Assembly: GCA_007375735.1 (NCBI GenBank)
Contig: VMEW01000009.1
Coordinates: 48,569-112,568 of the forward strand
From: Candidatus Peregrinibacteria bacterium Greene0416_19
GTDB lineage: Bacteria; Patescibacteriota; Gracilibacteria; Peribacterales; Peribacteraceae
Direction: 5' to 3'
DNA length: 64,000 nucleotides
Under the pieces are notes generated by a model. It saw nothing but the letters and a program-made list of their open reading frames with translations, was not told the DNA's origin and did not search any database. This document shows, one piece after another, positions 28,278-39,775 of the stretch (positions are counted from its first letter, which is position 1; every line of letters starts with the position of its first letter). A program made the position numbers and the translations under genes.

Positions 28278-28394
28278 GGAAGCAGAAAAATCCTAGCGGA
28301 ACGGCCCTGCGCGCGCGAGGAGGGGGAGGCGGCGGGAATCCAGTTGACTGCGGAGCGGACCGTAGTAGTTTTGCCCACGTGCTCCCCCATTCGT

Positions 28395-28598
28395 ATGAAC
28401 CCTGACCATGACATGCCGGCGGCCCCCGGCGGCAATCACGTAAACGCACCGACCGACCCGCAGCGCATCCAGCAGGTATTCGAGGAGGAATGGGCAGCGG
28501 CATTCCAGCGGGAACACGCTGGTAAGGAAGTCGACAAGCACTCGACCGCCAGCGTCGACATGTACAGCATCCACGCGAGAGTGCGCGGCATTCTCTGA
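28395..28598 (+). CDS. small hypothetical protein (67 aa)
   Basis: MNPDHDMP...RVRGIL, downstream of a TTGACT promoter-like box. Confidence 0.4.
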   Translation: MNPDHDMPAAPGGNHVNAPTDPQRIQQVFEEEWAAAFQREHAGKEVDKHSTASVDMYSIHARVRGIL

Positions 28599-28844
28599 AT
28601 GATCCGCGGCCTGGCACGGACGCCCACATACCCCGCCGTTCCACTCGGGTGTGGAACGCCTTTCGTGTTGTCCCGTAGAGGAAAAAACGGGGAGCGGCAT
28701 TTTTGTTGCCGCGGGAGGACTTCCACATGCATGGGAGGGAAAGGATGCTGATGCACTTTCATTTCTCTTCCCCTCTTTTTTATGCCCGGTTCCACTCTTT
28801 CCTCTCCTCCGGCAACTGTCGCCAGCAAGTCGCTGACCGTTGCC

Positions 28845-29204
28845 ATGGAGCAGCGGACGCTGCAGTTCGCGGAGAACGTCCGCTCGTTCGTCAAGCGGCT
28901 GCCCCGCTCTTCCATCCTCAGCGAGGATGTCATCCAGCTGATGCACGCCTCCTCCGCCATCGGCGTCAACTACATCGAGGCCTGCAACGCCCCGAGCGCC
29001 AGGGACTTCCAGCTGCGCATGCGTACCTGCCTGAAGGAAGCCAAGAACTCCTGCTTCTGGCTCAAGCTGATCGATGTGGGCAATGGTCCCACTCTCCCCG
29101 AGATGCGCAAGACTCTGGTGGAGGACGGCACGGTGCTGTGCAAGATCTTCTTCAGCGCCGTGAAGAAGATGCGGGAGAAGGAGGCGGCGAGGCAGGGGGC
29201 ATGA
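28845..29204 (+). CDS. four helix bundle protein (TIGR02436 / 23S IVP-like)
   Basis: RTLQFA...QLMHASSAIGVNYIEA...DF...CLKEAKNSCFWLKL. Confidence 0.88.
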   Translation: MEQRTLQFAENVRSFVKRLPRSSILSEDVIQLMHASSAIGVNYIEACNAPSARDFQLRMRTCLKEAKNSCFWLKLIDVGNGPTLPEMRKTLVEDGTVLCKIFFSAVKKMREKEAARQGA

Positions 29205-29229
29205 CAAACGCGTTTTCTCTCCTCTGCCT

Positions 29230-29346
29230 GGCCCAGCCCCCATCCCCTTGCCCCTTCCCCCGACGGGGGAAGGGGGGATGACATCAACGCTCTCCGAGGT
29301 TCTCCCCCTCCCCCGACGGGGGAGGGGGTCGGGGGGTGGGGGCTGG
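29230..29346. repeat. G/C-rich REP-like inverted repeat pair
   Basis: CCCCTTCCCCCGACGGGGGAAGGGG and CCCCTCCCCCGACGGGGGAGGGG units. Confidence 0.8.
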
Positions 29347-29390
29347 ACATGAAAAAGAAGATAAAAATCCAGGATCTGCAAAGGATGGTA

Positions 29391-31226
<1,836 letters not shown>

Positions 31227-31352
31227 TCATTGGAACCGTCCGCAGGAGCCCGCCCTTATGGTAGCGAGAAGAGGGAGCGATTCAAGGTCAATTCTCTGGT
31301 ATGGAAGCGCGAATTTCTTGACGGCGCTGCGGATGAACAGTAACCATATCTC

Positions 31353-33566
31353 ATGCTTGAAAGCTCCAGCCCCCTGAGCTTCACCGGCAAGTACCTTGCG
31401 GTCGCCGGTCACCCAAGAGAACGGCAGGATGGCAGTGTGAAAGTGACCCTGCTCGGGAAACAGACGGACCATCATTTTCTCGCTCTCTGCAAAAATGAAA
31501 CCGGGAAAGTGCAGATTGCACTTCGTCGGATGCTGCTGGCAAACGGGGTGACCATGGAAATACAGGCGGTGGATGTACACAATCAGACCTTGGAAATGAC
31601 CGTGCTCCTCAAGCAGGTGGCGAATGGAAGCCGTGAGAAAATGCTGACGTTGCTGGCGGAAGGGATGTACGTAGCGCAACCACACCATTTCAACGGCCGG
31701 AAACCGATCAATGCCGATCAGGTGAAATTCGCCGTGAAGCAGGGATTCCTGGAAATGGACGAACGGCACATCGATGCACTGCCCGACGATCGTCATGCGC
31801 AAGCGTTCATTGCGTACGGCAAACCCGGCAGACTCGTGTACTACCCCGAAGCGAATGAGAAACAGCGCGAGGATCTGCTGAGGAATCGTCTCCGCATGCA
31901 GCCCGGCAACATCGACAAGTACTCTTCCCCCGTGTGGCTGTCCGAAGAGAAGGTATCTCACCAGCCGGGTGAATTCATCGCACTGCGGGTGAACGGCATC
32001 CGCTCGCGCTTCCATGCATTCGTCCTCCACCCGGACCAGCCGGAGCAGCGATCCATCGTGGACGGACCTGACGGATCGTTCATCGCTTTCAATCACAATC
32101 CCGCCCCGCACCTGGTGGACACGGAGGATGCGAGGATGGTGCCTTTCCAAGCCTACGACAAGCGACGCAGGCATTTGATCAAGCCGGAGAACAGGAGACT
32201 GACGGCATCGGAGATCTTGATCAGGAATCCGACAGTGACGCACCGGCTGCTCGACAAACTGGAAGTGCTGTCGGGGAAGGGCCTGAACAGCCGGACATCC
32301 GGCATCGTCCTCAATAACATCGGTATCAGAAAAATATTGCAGAAGAAGAATGATCCTCGCGTGAAGAGCATCGACGACCCATCGCAGCGCGAACAATTGG
32401 AAAGGCGGGCGCGCAAGCTCCAATCATCGCTGGCACCGGAAGAGAATAAGCTCTTCTGGGACTCGGTCGATTCTTCGGAACTGCGCCTGATCCGCCAGAT
32501 GCAGGAAGAAGGCATGGATGCCGGCGCCTCCATCGTGAGCGTCACCTTTCCGGAACACGCGGCGATGAGGGCGGTCATGGAATCCGACGTGCACAGCGGG
32601 CGCCGCGCGGTGACATCCCTCTTTTTCCGTCATCCATCGGCCAACCACGGCCCCTTCTTCTCCGGCGACGATTTCATGGAATTGAAGAACTGCAAAGACA
32701 AGGGAATGCAGGTGTTCTGGCTCCATCCCAAGCTGAATGAAACCGGGAGAGACAATGCCAATGGTACGCTGCTGGAGCTGGTTCGACTGGAGAAGGAACA
32801 GGACGGGAAGCACAAGAGTCTGGCGTTCGTTCCTCTGTCCAGAAAGCAGGAATTTTTGAACGGTTTTCACATGTCGTTCTATGGGACGGCACGCACGCTC
32901 AAACCGCAGTACATCGCTTTCATGGAAGAGCTGTTTGAGATGTTGCCGGCCATCGCCAGTAAGGAGCGGCCGTTCGTCATCCATTCGGGAGGCGGGCCGA
33001 ACCGGAGCACCATGGGAATTGCCAACCGCAAAGCGCGGGAAAATGGGTTCCTGTCCGTCGGGCACGTGCTTGGCATCAGCAAAGAACCCATGAACGAGCA
33101 CCTGGATGCCCTGATGCCGTTCAGGGATCACGACCGAGATTTGCGCCAGGGAAACATGGCTAAAGCCAACGACCTCTCCGCAGCCCTGGAAGGAGGCGGA
33201 GGGACGCGTGAGGAACGTGGCATTTCCCAGACCGATCTCGCGATCGCACGGGAGAGGCCATTCCCTCTCCTCCTCATCGGTGACGATTTCTACCACTACG
33301 AGTACCTTCAATATCTGCACGAGGTATCACAGGGCACACTGGATAAATCGGTCATGGACTGTGTGTCACTGATTAACGTCCACCGCCCGGAAGACGCAGT
33401 CGCTGTCATTCAGTCATACATCGAGACTGGCAAGGTCCTGTCCGTGATCCCCGAAGAGTTCAGGGATAAGCGGGTACAGGCCTACAATGAATTCGACACG
33501 ATCATTCCATTCCGCAAACAAGCGTGGCATGAAGATGAGCAGCGCAAGCCCCCACAAGCGTCATGA
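31353..33566 (+). CDS. large protein with C-terminal LOG/SLOG domain
   Basis: SFYGTAR...SGGGP...MGIANRKA...GGGGTREE...PLLLIG. Confidence 0.75.
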   Translation: MLESSSPLSFTGKYLAVAGHPRERQDGSVKVTLLGKQTDHHFLALCKNETGKVQIALRRMLLANGVTMEIQAVDVHNQTLEMTVLLKQVANGSREKMLTLLAEGMYVAQPHHFNGRKPINADQVKFAVKQGFLEMDERHIDALPDDRHAQAFIAYGKPGRLVYYPEANEKQREDLLRNRLRMQPGNIDKYSSPVWLSEEKVSHQPGEFIALRVNGIRSRFHAFVLHPDQPEQRSIVDGPDGSFIAFNHNPAPHLVDTEDARMVPFQAYDKRRRHLIKPENRRLTASEILIRNPTVTHRLLDKLEVLSGKGLNSRTSGIVLNNIGIRKILQKKNDPRVKSIDDPSQREQLERRARKLQSSLAPEENKLFWDSVDSSELRLIRQMQEEGMDAGASIVSVTFPEHAAMRAVMESDVHSGRRAVTSLFFRHPSANHGPFFSGDDFMELKNCKDKGMQVFWLHPKLNETGRDNANGTLLELVRLEKEQDGKHKSLAFVPLSRKQEFLNGFHMSFYGTARTLKPQYIAFMEELFEMLPAIASKERPFVIHSGGGPNRSTMGIANRKARENGFLSVGHVLGISKEPMNEHLDALMPFRDHDRDLRQGNMAKANDLSAALEGGGGTREERGISQTDLAIARERPFPLLLIGDDFYHYEYLQYLHEVSQGTLDKSVMDCVSLINVHRPEDAVAVIQSYIETGKVLSVIPEEFRDKRVQAYNEFDTIIPFRKQAWHEDEQRKPPQAS

Positions 33567-33682
33567 ACGAACGGGCCTCAGACCAAATTGCGATCAAAAC
33601 GGGGGGAATAGCGGCGTAGCATGGGCCAGTCGTAAGCCAATCATTGATGACCAATTCCTAACGATTTGAATGCGAAGCCGTA

Positions 33683-34150
33683 TCAGACGTTCTTCTCCGT
33701 AAATCCCCCCTTCTTCGCCGCCGTCTTCTTGCCACCCTTGCCCTGCCTGTCCTGAGCTTGCTTGCCGGGCGTAGCCTTGGCGAAGACTGGTCGAATGGAA
33801 GCGGAGTCGAAGGGCTTCTTTGCCATCTTCGCCATGGACTGCGCCCCCCGCCCCACCACCTTCTCTCCCCTCGTCACGATCTCCCGAAAGCCCTGCTTCG
33901 CCTCCCTGAACCTGCCCTGCGCGAACTGCCTGGCCTTCTGCAAATTCTGCTGCACATCGTCGCTCTGCACGAATGCCTGCACGTCCTTTACCACCTTGCT
34001 CCCGTCCTTCTGCAGATACTTGCCCAGCACCCTGGCGGCATCCTCCGGCTTCTTGGCTTTCGCCAGTTCGTTGCGGAGCTTCTCGTTACTGAGCAGATAC
34101 CCGGCCATCGCGCCGCCGAGCGCGCCGAGGAGGAGGGAGAATTTGCGCAT
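33683..34150 (-). CDS. YtxH-like small protein with repeat-derived C-terminal insertion
   Basis: LLLGALGGAMAGYLL N-terminal helix then charged helices. Confidence 0.65.
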   Translation of the reverse strand: MRKFSLLLGALGGAMAGYLLSNEKLRNELAKAKKPEDAARVLGKYLQKDGSKVVKDVQAFVQSDDVQQNLQKARQFAQGRFREAKQGFREIVTRGEKVVGRGAQSMAKMAKKPFDSASIRPVFAKATPGKQAQDRQGKGGKKTAAKKGGFTEKNV

Positions 34151-34249
34151 AGATCGTGGGGAAGAGAAGTGCATTATAGGAGTGAGGGACGGTTTGTTCA
34201 ATGAATCATTGCACAAATGGCAGTCCGCCGGCAGCCGGTGCGGTGCTCG

Positions 34250-34435
34250 GGTAGCGTCAACGGCACGACCGCGCCAAGGCGGCGTTCATCGCCATTCGAT
34301 CACGAGAACCCGCTATCTCCGCCGTGAAGCGATTGGCAATCTTGACCCGCATCCGCGTCACGGCGGAGATCACCGGTTCTATCCAGCGGGATGCCGCCAT
34401 GATCGCAGTGAGTTGGTCGTGCCGTTGACGCTACC
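34250..34435. repeat. 186-bp long hairpin element with 21-bp perfect terminal inverted repeats
   Basis: GGTAGCGTCAACGGCACGACC / GGTCGTGCCGTTGACGCTACC plus inner ATCTCCGCCGTGA/TCACGGCGGAGAT. Confidence 0.85.
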
Positions 34436-36932
34436 TAAGTGGCAGCAACCGGCGGAGCTCCCGCAGTTGACCCTCGGACAGAATGACTAGCAACTCTCCA
34501 TCTGACGCGGCTTTGATCGCACCGACGCTGCCGAACTTCTTCAGCAGCTTCACCTTCGTCTCCTCCCCGATCCCCGGAATCTCATCGAGCGCCGATTTCT
34601 TCATCTGCTTCATCCCCCGCTTCTCACGGTGGTGATTGGCGAAGCGGTGCGCCTCATCGCGCAGGCGCATGAGGAGGAACTTGGCCGGCGAGTCTGGGGG
34701 GAAAAGAAGGGGGGTGCTCCGATCGGGGACGAACACTTCCTCTTCCCTCTTCGCGAGTCCGATCACCGGAATCTGCACCCCGAATTTCTGCAGCACGGCC
34801 GTGACTGCGGAGAGCTGGCCCTTGCCACCGTCGATGACAAGCAGATCAGGACAACTGCTCAAGGATACATCGATTTTGTTCTGGCTCGCGTCGTAGACCA
34901 TGATCAAGCTCGGCTCCGCGTCGGGATGCTCGGCGTGGAATCGTTCCAGTTTCTCGCGGAGAGCGGGGGGCGGGGTGAGCACATGACGGAATCCGACGGC
35001 CGCATAGTAATCCTCAAGTGACGCTTTGGAGTGCAGATACATTTTGCCTCTCTTGAGACCGCGCAGAATCTTGCGCACCAGAAACTGCCCGAGTTTGTTC
35101 CCTCGCCAAGCGTCGTGCACCCACACGGAACGAATGGTCGGGATCTTCGGCGGATAGACGAAGAGACGTGCCATCCCGATGACCGCACCGCCATGCCTGG
35201 CAACGACATAATCGCGGTAATCGACCATGTCGCTCCCGATATCACCGGGATTGGCACGGCTGATCGTTTCGATCTGTTCCTGCTCCTTCTTCAGCGCCTT
35301 CCCGAACGTAACGCCTTTCCCCTTCCACTTCTCCTGTTCAGCAGGCAAATCCTCCACCAGCCGCCGGATGCGGCGCGTGAGGACTTCCTGCAGAGCTTTG
35401 TAGTCATCGACGTCGCCCTCCTTGAGCGAACGGATGGTGAACGAGCGGTACTGGTCGTTCGCGGCTCTGCCTGCGATCGCGACCGTCATGCTGCCGACCG
35501 TCTCGGTCCCGCCGAGGTGCGAGATGTCGTAGCACTCGATGCGGTGCGGCAGGACCGGCAGGTGAAGAATCTCCTGCAGCTGACGCTGCGCGTTTTCCGC
35601 GTTGCCTCGCGCCGCCTCCCACTTGAGCTCCCGCTGCCGCGCCTTCTCCTGCACGTTCTTCTCGGCGAGTTGCAGCAAGTGCGACTTGCGGCCGCGCTCG
35701 GGGAGGAGGATCTGGACTTTCCGACCTTTCAGACCAGTGAGCCATCCCTCAAGCGTCTTCGCATCCAGCAATTCCTCGGAAACGATGAGCGTACCAGGAA
35801 TGTCGATCCCGTCGCCGTAGTACTGCGGGAGGAACTGCGCGAGCACCCCGGCCTCGCTCTCCGCCTGGCCGCTGAGCGAGAAGCAGCTGTCCCCAATCAG
35901 CTTTCCGCCACGACGGTACATCACGCAGACATCGGCGCGGCCTGAGAGCAACGCGACCGCGATGACGTCGGAGTCCTCCCCCGTGGTATCGGTGATGATC
36001 TGCTGCCCGCTCTGCAGCCGCTCGATGGTGCCCAGGTAATCGCGGAGTTGCGCCGCCAGCTCGAACTTCTTCTCCAGCGCCGCCTGCCGCATCTTCACCT
36101 TCACCAGATCTTTCACGCTCTCGTAATCGCCCTTGAGGAACCGTATGACCCCGTCAATCGATTCGCGAAAATATTCCTCCGGCGTTTTCGTCCCGACGCA
36201 GGGAGCGGTGCAGGATCCGATGTGATGATCGAGGCAGGGGGTGGGGCGGTCTTTGTGAGTGCAGACGACGTCCATTTTGATAGACCAGCCCCCACCCCCC
36301 ATCCCCCCTCCCCCGTCGGGGGAGGGGGCCAGGGGGTGGGGGCTGGGGTTCTTAAGTGAAGGGGGGTGGGGGCTGGGGTTCTTAGGCTGAGAAACCGGCT
36401 CGATTTCCATCCTGCACATCCGAAACGGAAATATCTTCCGCAGCATCGTCAGCGTGTTCACAAGCTCGCTCCCACTCAGCATCGGCCCGAAGTACTTGGC
36501 GCCGTCATGCGGATCGAACCGGCGGACCGTCTCGACGCGCGGGAAGGGATCCTGCACCGTCACACGCGCGTAGACGTAGTTCTTGTCGTCCTTCATCAGG
36601 ACGTTGTATTTCGGCCTAAGCTCCTTGATCAGGTTGGTCTCGAGGATGAGCGCCTCGATTTCGTTCCCGACCACCGTCACCTCGAAGTCGGCGATCTGCC
36701 GGAGGAAGCTCTGCTTCCAAGGCCCGCTCGCATCCTTCATCTGAACGTAGCTGCGCAACCGATTCTTCAAGTTCTTCGCCTTGCCGACGTAGAGAACCGT
36801 GCCCTCGGCGTCCTTCCACTTGTAGATCCCCGGCCCAGCGGGCGCCGTGGCGACCCTCTTACGAAGTTCGTCGAGATGCGGGTTCAGGACCGCGACCTTC
36901 TTCTTCGGCGCTGTGCGTCCGCGGTTGGGCAC
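34431..36932 (-). CDS. uvrC: excinuclease ABC subunit C with inserted GNAT domain
   Basis: PGIY...LYVGKAKNLKNRLRSY, RIECYDISH, PDLLVIDGGKGQ, LRDEAHRFA, HhH; GTG start 6 nt after TATGAT. Confidence 0.95.
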   Translation of the reverse strand: MPNRGRTAPKKKVAVLNPHLDELRKRVATAPAGPGIYKWKDAEGTVLYVGKAKNLKNRLRSYVQMKDASGPWKQSFLRQIADFEVTVVGNEIEALILETNLIKELRPKYNVLMKDDKNYVYARVTVQDPFPRVETVRRFDPHDGAKYFGPMLSGSELVNTLTMLRKIFPFRMCRMEIEPVSQPKNPSPHPPSLKNPSPHPLAPSPDGGGGMGGGGWSIKMDVVCTHKDRPTPCLDHHIGSCTAPCVGTKTPEEYFRESIDGVIRFLKGDYESVKDLVKVKMRQAALEKKFELAAQLRDYLGTIERLQSGQQIITDTTGEDSDVIAVALLSGRADVCVMYRRGGKLIGDSCFSLSGQAESEAGVLAQFLPQYYGDGIDIPGTLIVSEELLDAKTLEGWLTGLKGRKVQILLPERGRKSHLLQLAEKNVQEKARQRELKWEAARGNAENAQRQLQEILHLPVLPHRIECYDISHLGGTETVGSMTVAIAGRAANDQYRSFTIRSLKEGDVDDYKALQEVLTRRIRRLVEDLPAEQEKWKGKGVTFGKALKKEQEQIETISRANPGDIGSDMVDYRDYVVARHGGAVIGMARLFVYPPKIPTIRSVWVHDAWRGNKLGQFLVRKILRGLKRGKMYLHSKASLEDYYAAVGFRHVLTPPPALREKLERFHAEHPDAEPSLIMVYDASQNKIDVSLSSCPDLLVIDGGKGQLSAVTAVLQKFGVQIPVIGLAKREEEVFVPDRSTPLLFPPDSPAKFLLMRLRDEAHRFANHHREKRGMKQMKKSALDEIPGIGEETKVKLLKKFGSVGAIKAASDGELLVILSEGQLRELRRLLPLR

Positions 36933-36994
36933 GGGGCTATCATACGCAATTCCACACATTGACGCTCCGGCCTCAGAAGAAAAGAATGGAAGGC

Positions 36995-37234
36995 ATGGAA
37001 GAAAAACGTGTCCCGGATGCGTATCTGAAGAGGCTTGTGCAAGGGAAAATCTCTTTTGATGAATCAAAAAACTTCACCATCCAGTACTACGACGACGAGG
37101 GCATGCAACAGCGCGTGCATGCCCTCATCGATGGCATGCGGGACTTCGACGAATGGAAGCACGCGCGCCTGATCTACGCGACAATGCGCACGATCTTCCT
37201 GCCCATCCACCGCCTGCTCAGGGAGATTGAATGA
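36995..37234 (+). CDS. small hypothetical protein
   Basis: 79-aa ORF divergent from uvrC. Confidence 0.55.
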   Translation: MEEKRVPDAYLKRLVQGKISFDESKNFTIQYYDDEGMQQRVHALIDGMRDFDEWKHARLIYATMRTIFLPIHRLLREIE

Positions 37235-37336
37235 ATGAGATGACTCATCGACGAAGAAAAGCATGTGCTCCGCGGACAGGCCTACAGGGAGTAAGCCGGC
37301 AATTGACTTTGTGAGACTTTTGCGTACCATTGACCA

Positions 37337-37388
37337 CGGTTTCGGCGCTACGCCGAAGGGTTTCGGATGAGCCATCGTCCGGGTTCCG
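37337..37388 (+). promoter_or_regulatory. structured 5' leader of hppA, possible Na+ riboswitch (DUF1646 motif)
   Basis: CGGTT-[hairpin]-AGGGTT-[hairpin]-GTTCCG right after the TTGACT/TACCAT promoter. Confidence 0.45.
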
Positions 37389-37425
37389 CACCCCCCCACT
37401 CCTAACGTTCTCCTCCCCAATTCCA

Positions 37426-39567
37426 ATGTCCACCCTCTCCCTCGAACTCTTCGCCCCTGTTCTCGCCCTCGCCGGGCTCCTCTACAGCCTCGTCTTCTGG
37501 AACGGCGTGAAAGCGGCCGATGACGGCAATGCCGCCATGCAGAAGGTTGCCCACGCGATCTCGACGGGCGCCAGGGCGTTCGTGCGCCGCCAGTACCGCA
37601 CCATCACCATCCTCTCGATCATCGTCGGCCTCGGGATGGTGCTCGCCTACGGCCTGACGGGCGCTACCGGCAGCAGTCACGGCAGTGTCGTGAGTGCCTC
37701 GAGCGGCTGGATGTACGGCTGGCAGGTGGGCGGCGCGTTCCTGCTCGGCGCGCTGTTCTCTGGCCTCTCGGGCGTGGTGAGCATGGTGGTGGCCACGAAG
37801 GCGAACCTCAAGACCGCTGCCTCCGCCAAGCACGGCCTCAACGCAGCGCTCCAGATGTCGCTGCGCGGCGGCACGGTGTCGGCCATCGTCATCACGTCGC
37901 TCTCGCTCCTGGGCATCAGCGGGCTGTACTTGCTCTACCGCTTCGGGCTCGGCATGGAAGTGCAGACTATCCCCGGCTTGATCGTCGGCTACGGCTTCGG
38001 CGCCAGCTTCGTAGCGCTCTTCGCGCAACTGGGAGGAGGCATCTACACCAAAGCTGCGGATGTGGGCGCGGACCTGGTCGGGAAAATCGAGGCGGGTATT
38101 CCAGAGGATGATCCGCGGAACCCGGCTGTGATCGCTGACCTCGTCGGCGACAACGTGGGTGACTGCGCGGGACGCGGGGCGGACCTCTTCGAATCCATCT
38201 CCGCAGAGAACATCGGGGCCATGATCCTCGGCGTTGCGCTGTATCCATATTTCGGTCTCAAAGGGATTCTCTTCCCACTGATCCTTCGTTCGATCGGCCT
38301 CGTTGCCGCCATCATCGGCGTCTACACGGTGAAAGCGAAGAAGGGCGACCACCCGATGAAGGCCATGACGCGGGGCTTCTGGGTGACCGCGGTCCTGACG
38401 ACGATCGCGCTCTTTGTCTGCGCCAGGTACATGCTCGAGGCACCGGCGACTCTGGCGGACGGCACGCCCTCGGAGATTGCGCCGGGTTCGCACTGGTGGT
38501 TCTTCTTCGCAGGTCTTGCTGGCGTCCTCTGCTCGGTGGCCTTCGTGTACATCACCGACTACTACACCGGCAAGCAGCACCGCCCGGTGCAGGCGATTGC
38601 GAATGCGTCGACCACCGGTCACGCGACAAATATCATCGCGGGCACGGCCATCGGCATGGAATCCACGGCGCTGTCGGTGATCGCGGTGTGCGCCGCGCTC
38701 TTCGCCTCCTACTGGTTCGGCACGCAGACGGGCCTGCCGCACGGCGGGCTCTATGGGACGGCCGTGGCCACCATCGGGATGCTCGCAGTGGTCGGGTACA
38801 TCCTGTCCATGGACATGTTCGGCCCCATCACAGATAACGCAGGGGGGATCGTGGAAATGTCCAAAGCGCCGGAAGACATGCGCGAGGTGACCGACGAGCT
38901 GGACGCGGCCGGCAACACCACCAAGGCCCTGACGAAGGGCTACGCCGTCGGCTCCGCCGCCCTCGCCGCCTTCCTCCTCTTCTCCGCCTACCTGCAGGAA
39001 GCCGGCTTCGAAGTGGTCGACTTGGCTGATGTGAAGGTATTCGTGGGGTCCTTCCTCGGCGCCATGGTCATCTTCTTCTTCACCTCGCTCACCATCCGGG
39101 CGGTCGGGAAAGCCGCCGGGGTGATCGTCGAGGAAGTCCGCCGCCAGTTCCACGAGAAGAAAGGTATCATGGACGGCTCCGAGGAGCCGGACTACGCCGC
39201 GGCGGTGGACATAGCGACCAGATCCGCCCTGCGGGAGATGGTGATGCCGGGCATCCTGGCGGTCGCCGCCCCCATCGTCGTGGGCCTGATGCTGGGCAAG
39301 GAAGCGGTCGCCGGCCTGCTGATGGTCGGGACCATCGTCGGGGTGCTGCTCGCGTGTTACTTGAACAACGCCGGCGGCGCGTGGGACAACGCGAAGAAGT
39401 ACATCGAGAGCGGCGCGCATGGCGGGAAGAGGAGCCCCGCGCATCAAGCGGCGGTGACGGGCGACACGGTGGGTGATCCGTTCAAGGACACGGCGGGTCC
39501 GAGTCTCCACGTCTTGATCAAGCTGTTCTCGACGTTGACGCTGGCGCTCGCGGCGCTGTTTGTGTGA
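37426..39567 (+). CDS. hppA: membrane-bound pyrophosphatase, K+-independent type
   Basis: GGGIYTKAADVGADLVGKIE, DNVGDCAG, GNTTKA (Lys = K+-independent), GDTVGDPFKDTAGP. Confidence 0.96.
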   Translation: MSTLSLELFAPVLALAGLLYSLVFWNGVKAADDGNAAMQKVAHAISTGARAFVRRQYRTITILSIIVGLGMVLAYGLTGATGSSHGSVVSASSGWMYGWQVGGAFLLGALFSGLSGVVSMVVATKANLKTAASAKHGLNAALQMSLRGGTVSAIVITSLSLLGISGLYLLYRFGLGMEVQTIPGLIVGYGFGASFVALFAQLGGGIYTKAADVGADLVGKIEAGIPEDDPRNPAVIADLVGDNVGDCAGRGADLFESISAENIGAMILGVALYPYFGLKGILFPLILRSIGLVAAIIGVYTVKAKKGDHPMKAMTRGFWVTAVLTTIALFVCARYMLEAPATLADGTPSEIAPGSHWWFFFAGLAGVLCSVAFVYITDYYTGKQHRPVQAIANASTTGHATNIIAGTAIGMESTALSVIAVCAALFASYWFGTQTGLPHGGLYGTAVATIGMLAVVGYILSMDMFGPITDNAGGIVEMSKAPEDMREVTDELDAAGNTTKALTKGYAVGSAALAAFLLFSAYLQEAGFEVVDLADVKVFVGSFLGAMVIFFFTSLTIRAVGKAAGVIVEEVRRQFHEKKGIMDGSEEPDYAAAVDIATRSALREMVMPGILAVAAPIVVGLMLGKEAVAGLLMVGTIVGVLLACYLNNAGGAWDNAKKYIESGAHGGKRSPAHQAAVTGDTVGDPFKDTAGPSLHVLIKLFSTLTLALAALFV

Positions 39568-39569
39568 AA

Positions 39570-39650
39570 GGACCCAGAGGACCCAGAGGACCCAGAGGAC
39601 CCAGAGGACCCAGAGGACCCAGAGGACCCAAAGGACCCAAAGGACGAAAA
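39570..39650 (+). repeat. 9-bp tandem repeat (GGACCCAGA)x6 + 3 variants
   Basis: Seen directly; inverted degenerate counterpart at 40148-40190. Confidence 0.95.
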
Positions 39651-39775
39651 AGGGGCCGTTCCACTCGCTCATGGAACGGTTGTTTTGGCTCTATGGTGAA
39701 TAAATGAACTTGTCGGAGAAAAAGGATGGATGAAAAGGAATTTTCCTGTGTCGAATAGACTCTTACCCTAGCCAT

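Noticed and set aside
39570-39650. CRISPR array
   Set aside because: 9-bp tandem units with no spacers; no cas genes in the window.
37402-39672. 756-aa minus-strand ORF with WVL repeats
   Set aside because: Antisense of hppA plus the 9-bp repeat. Most other overlapping long ORFs in the track are likewise high-GC shadows.
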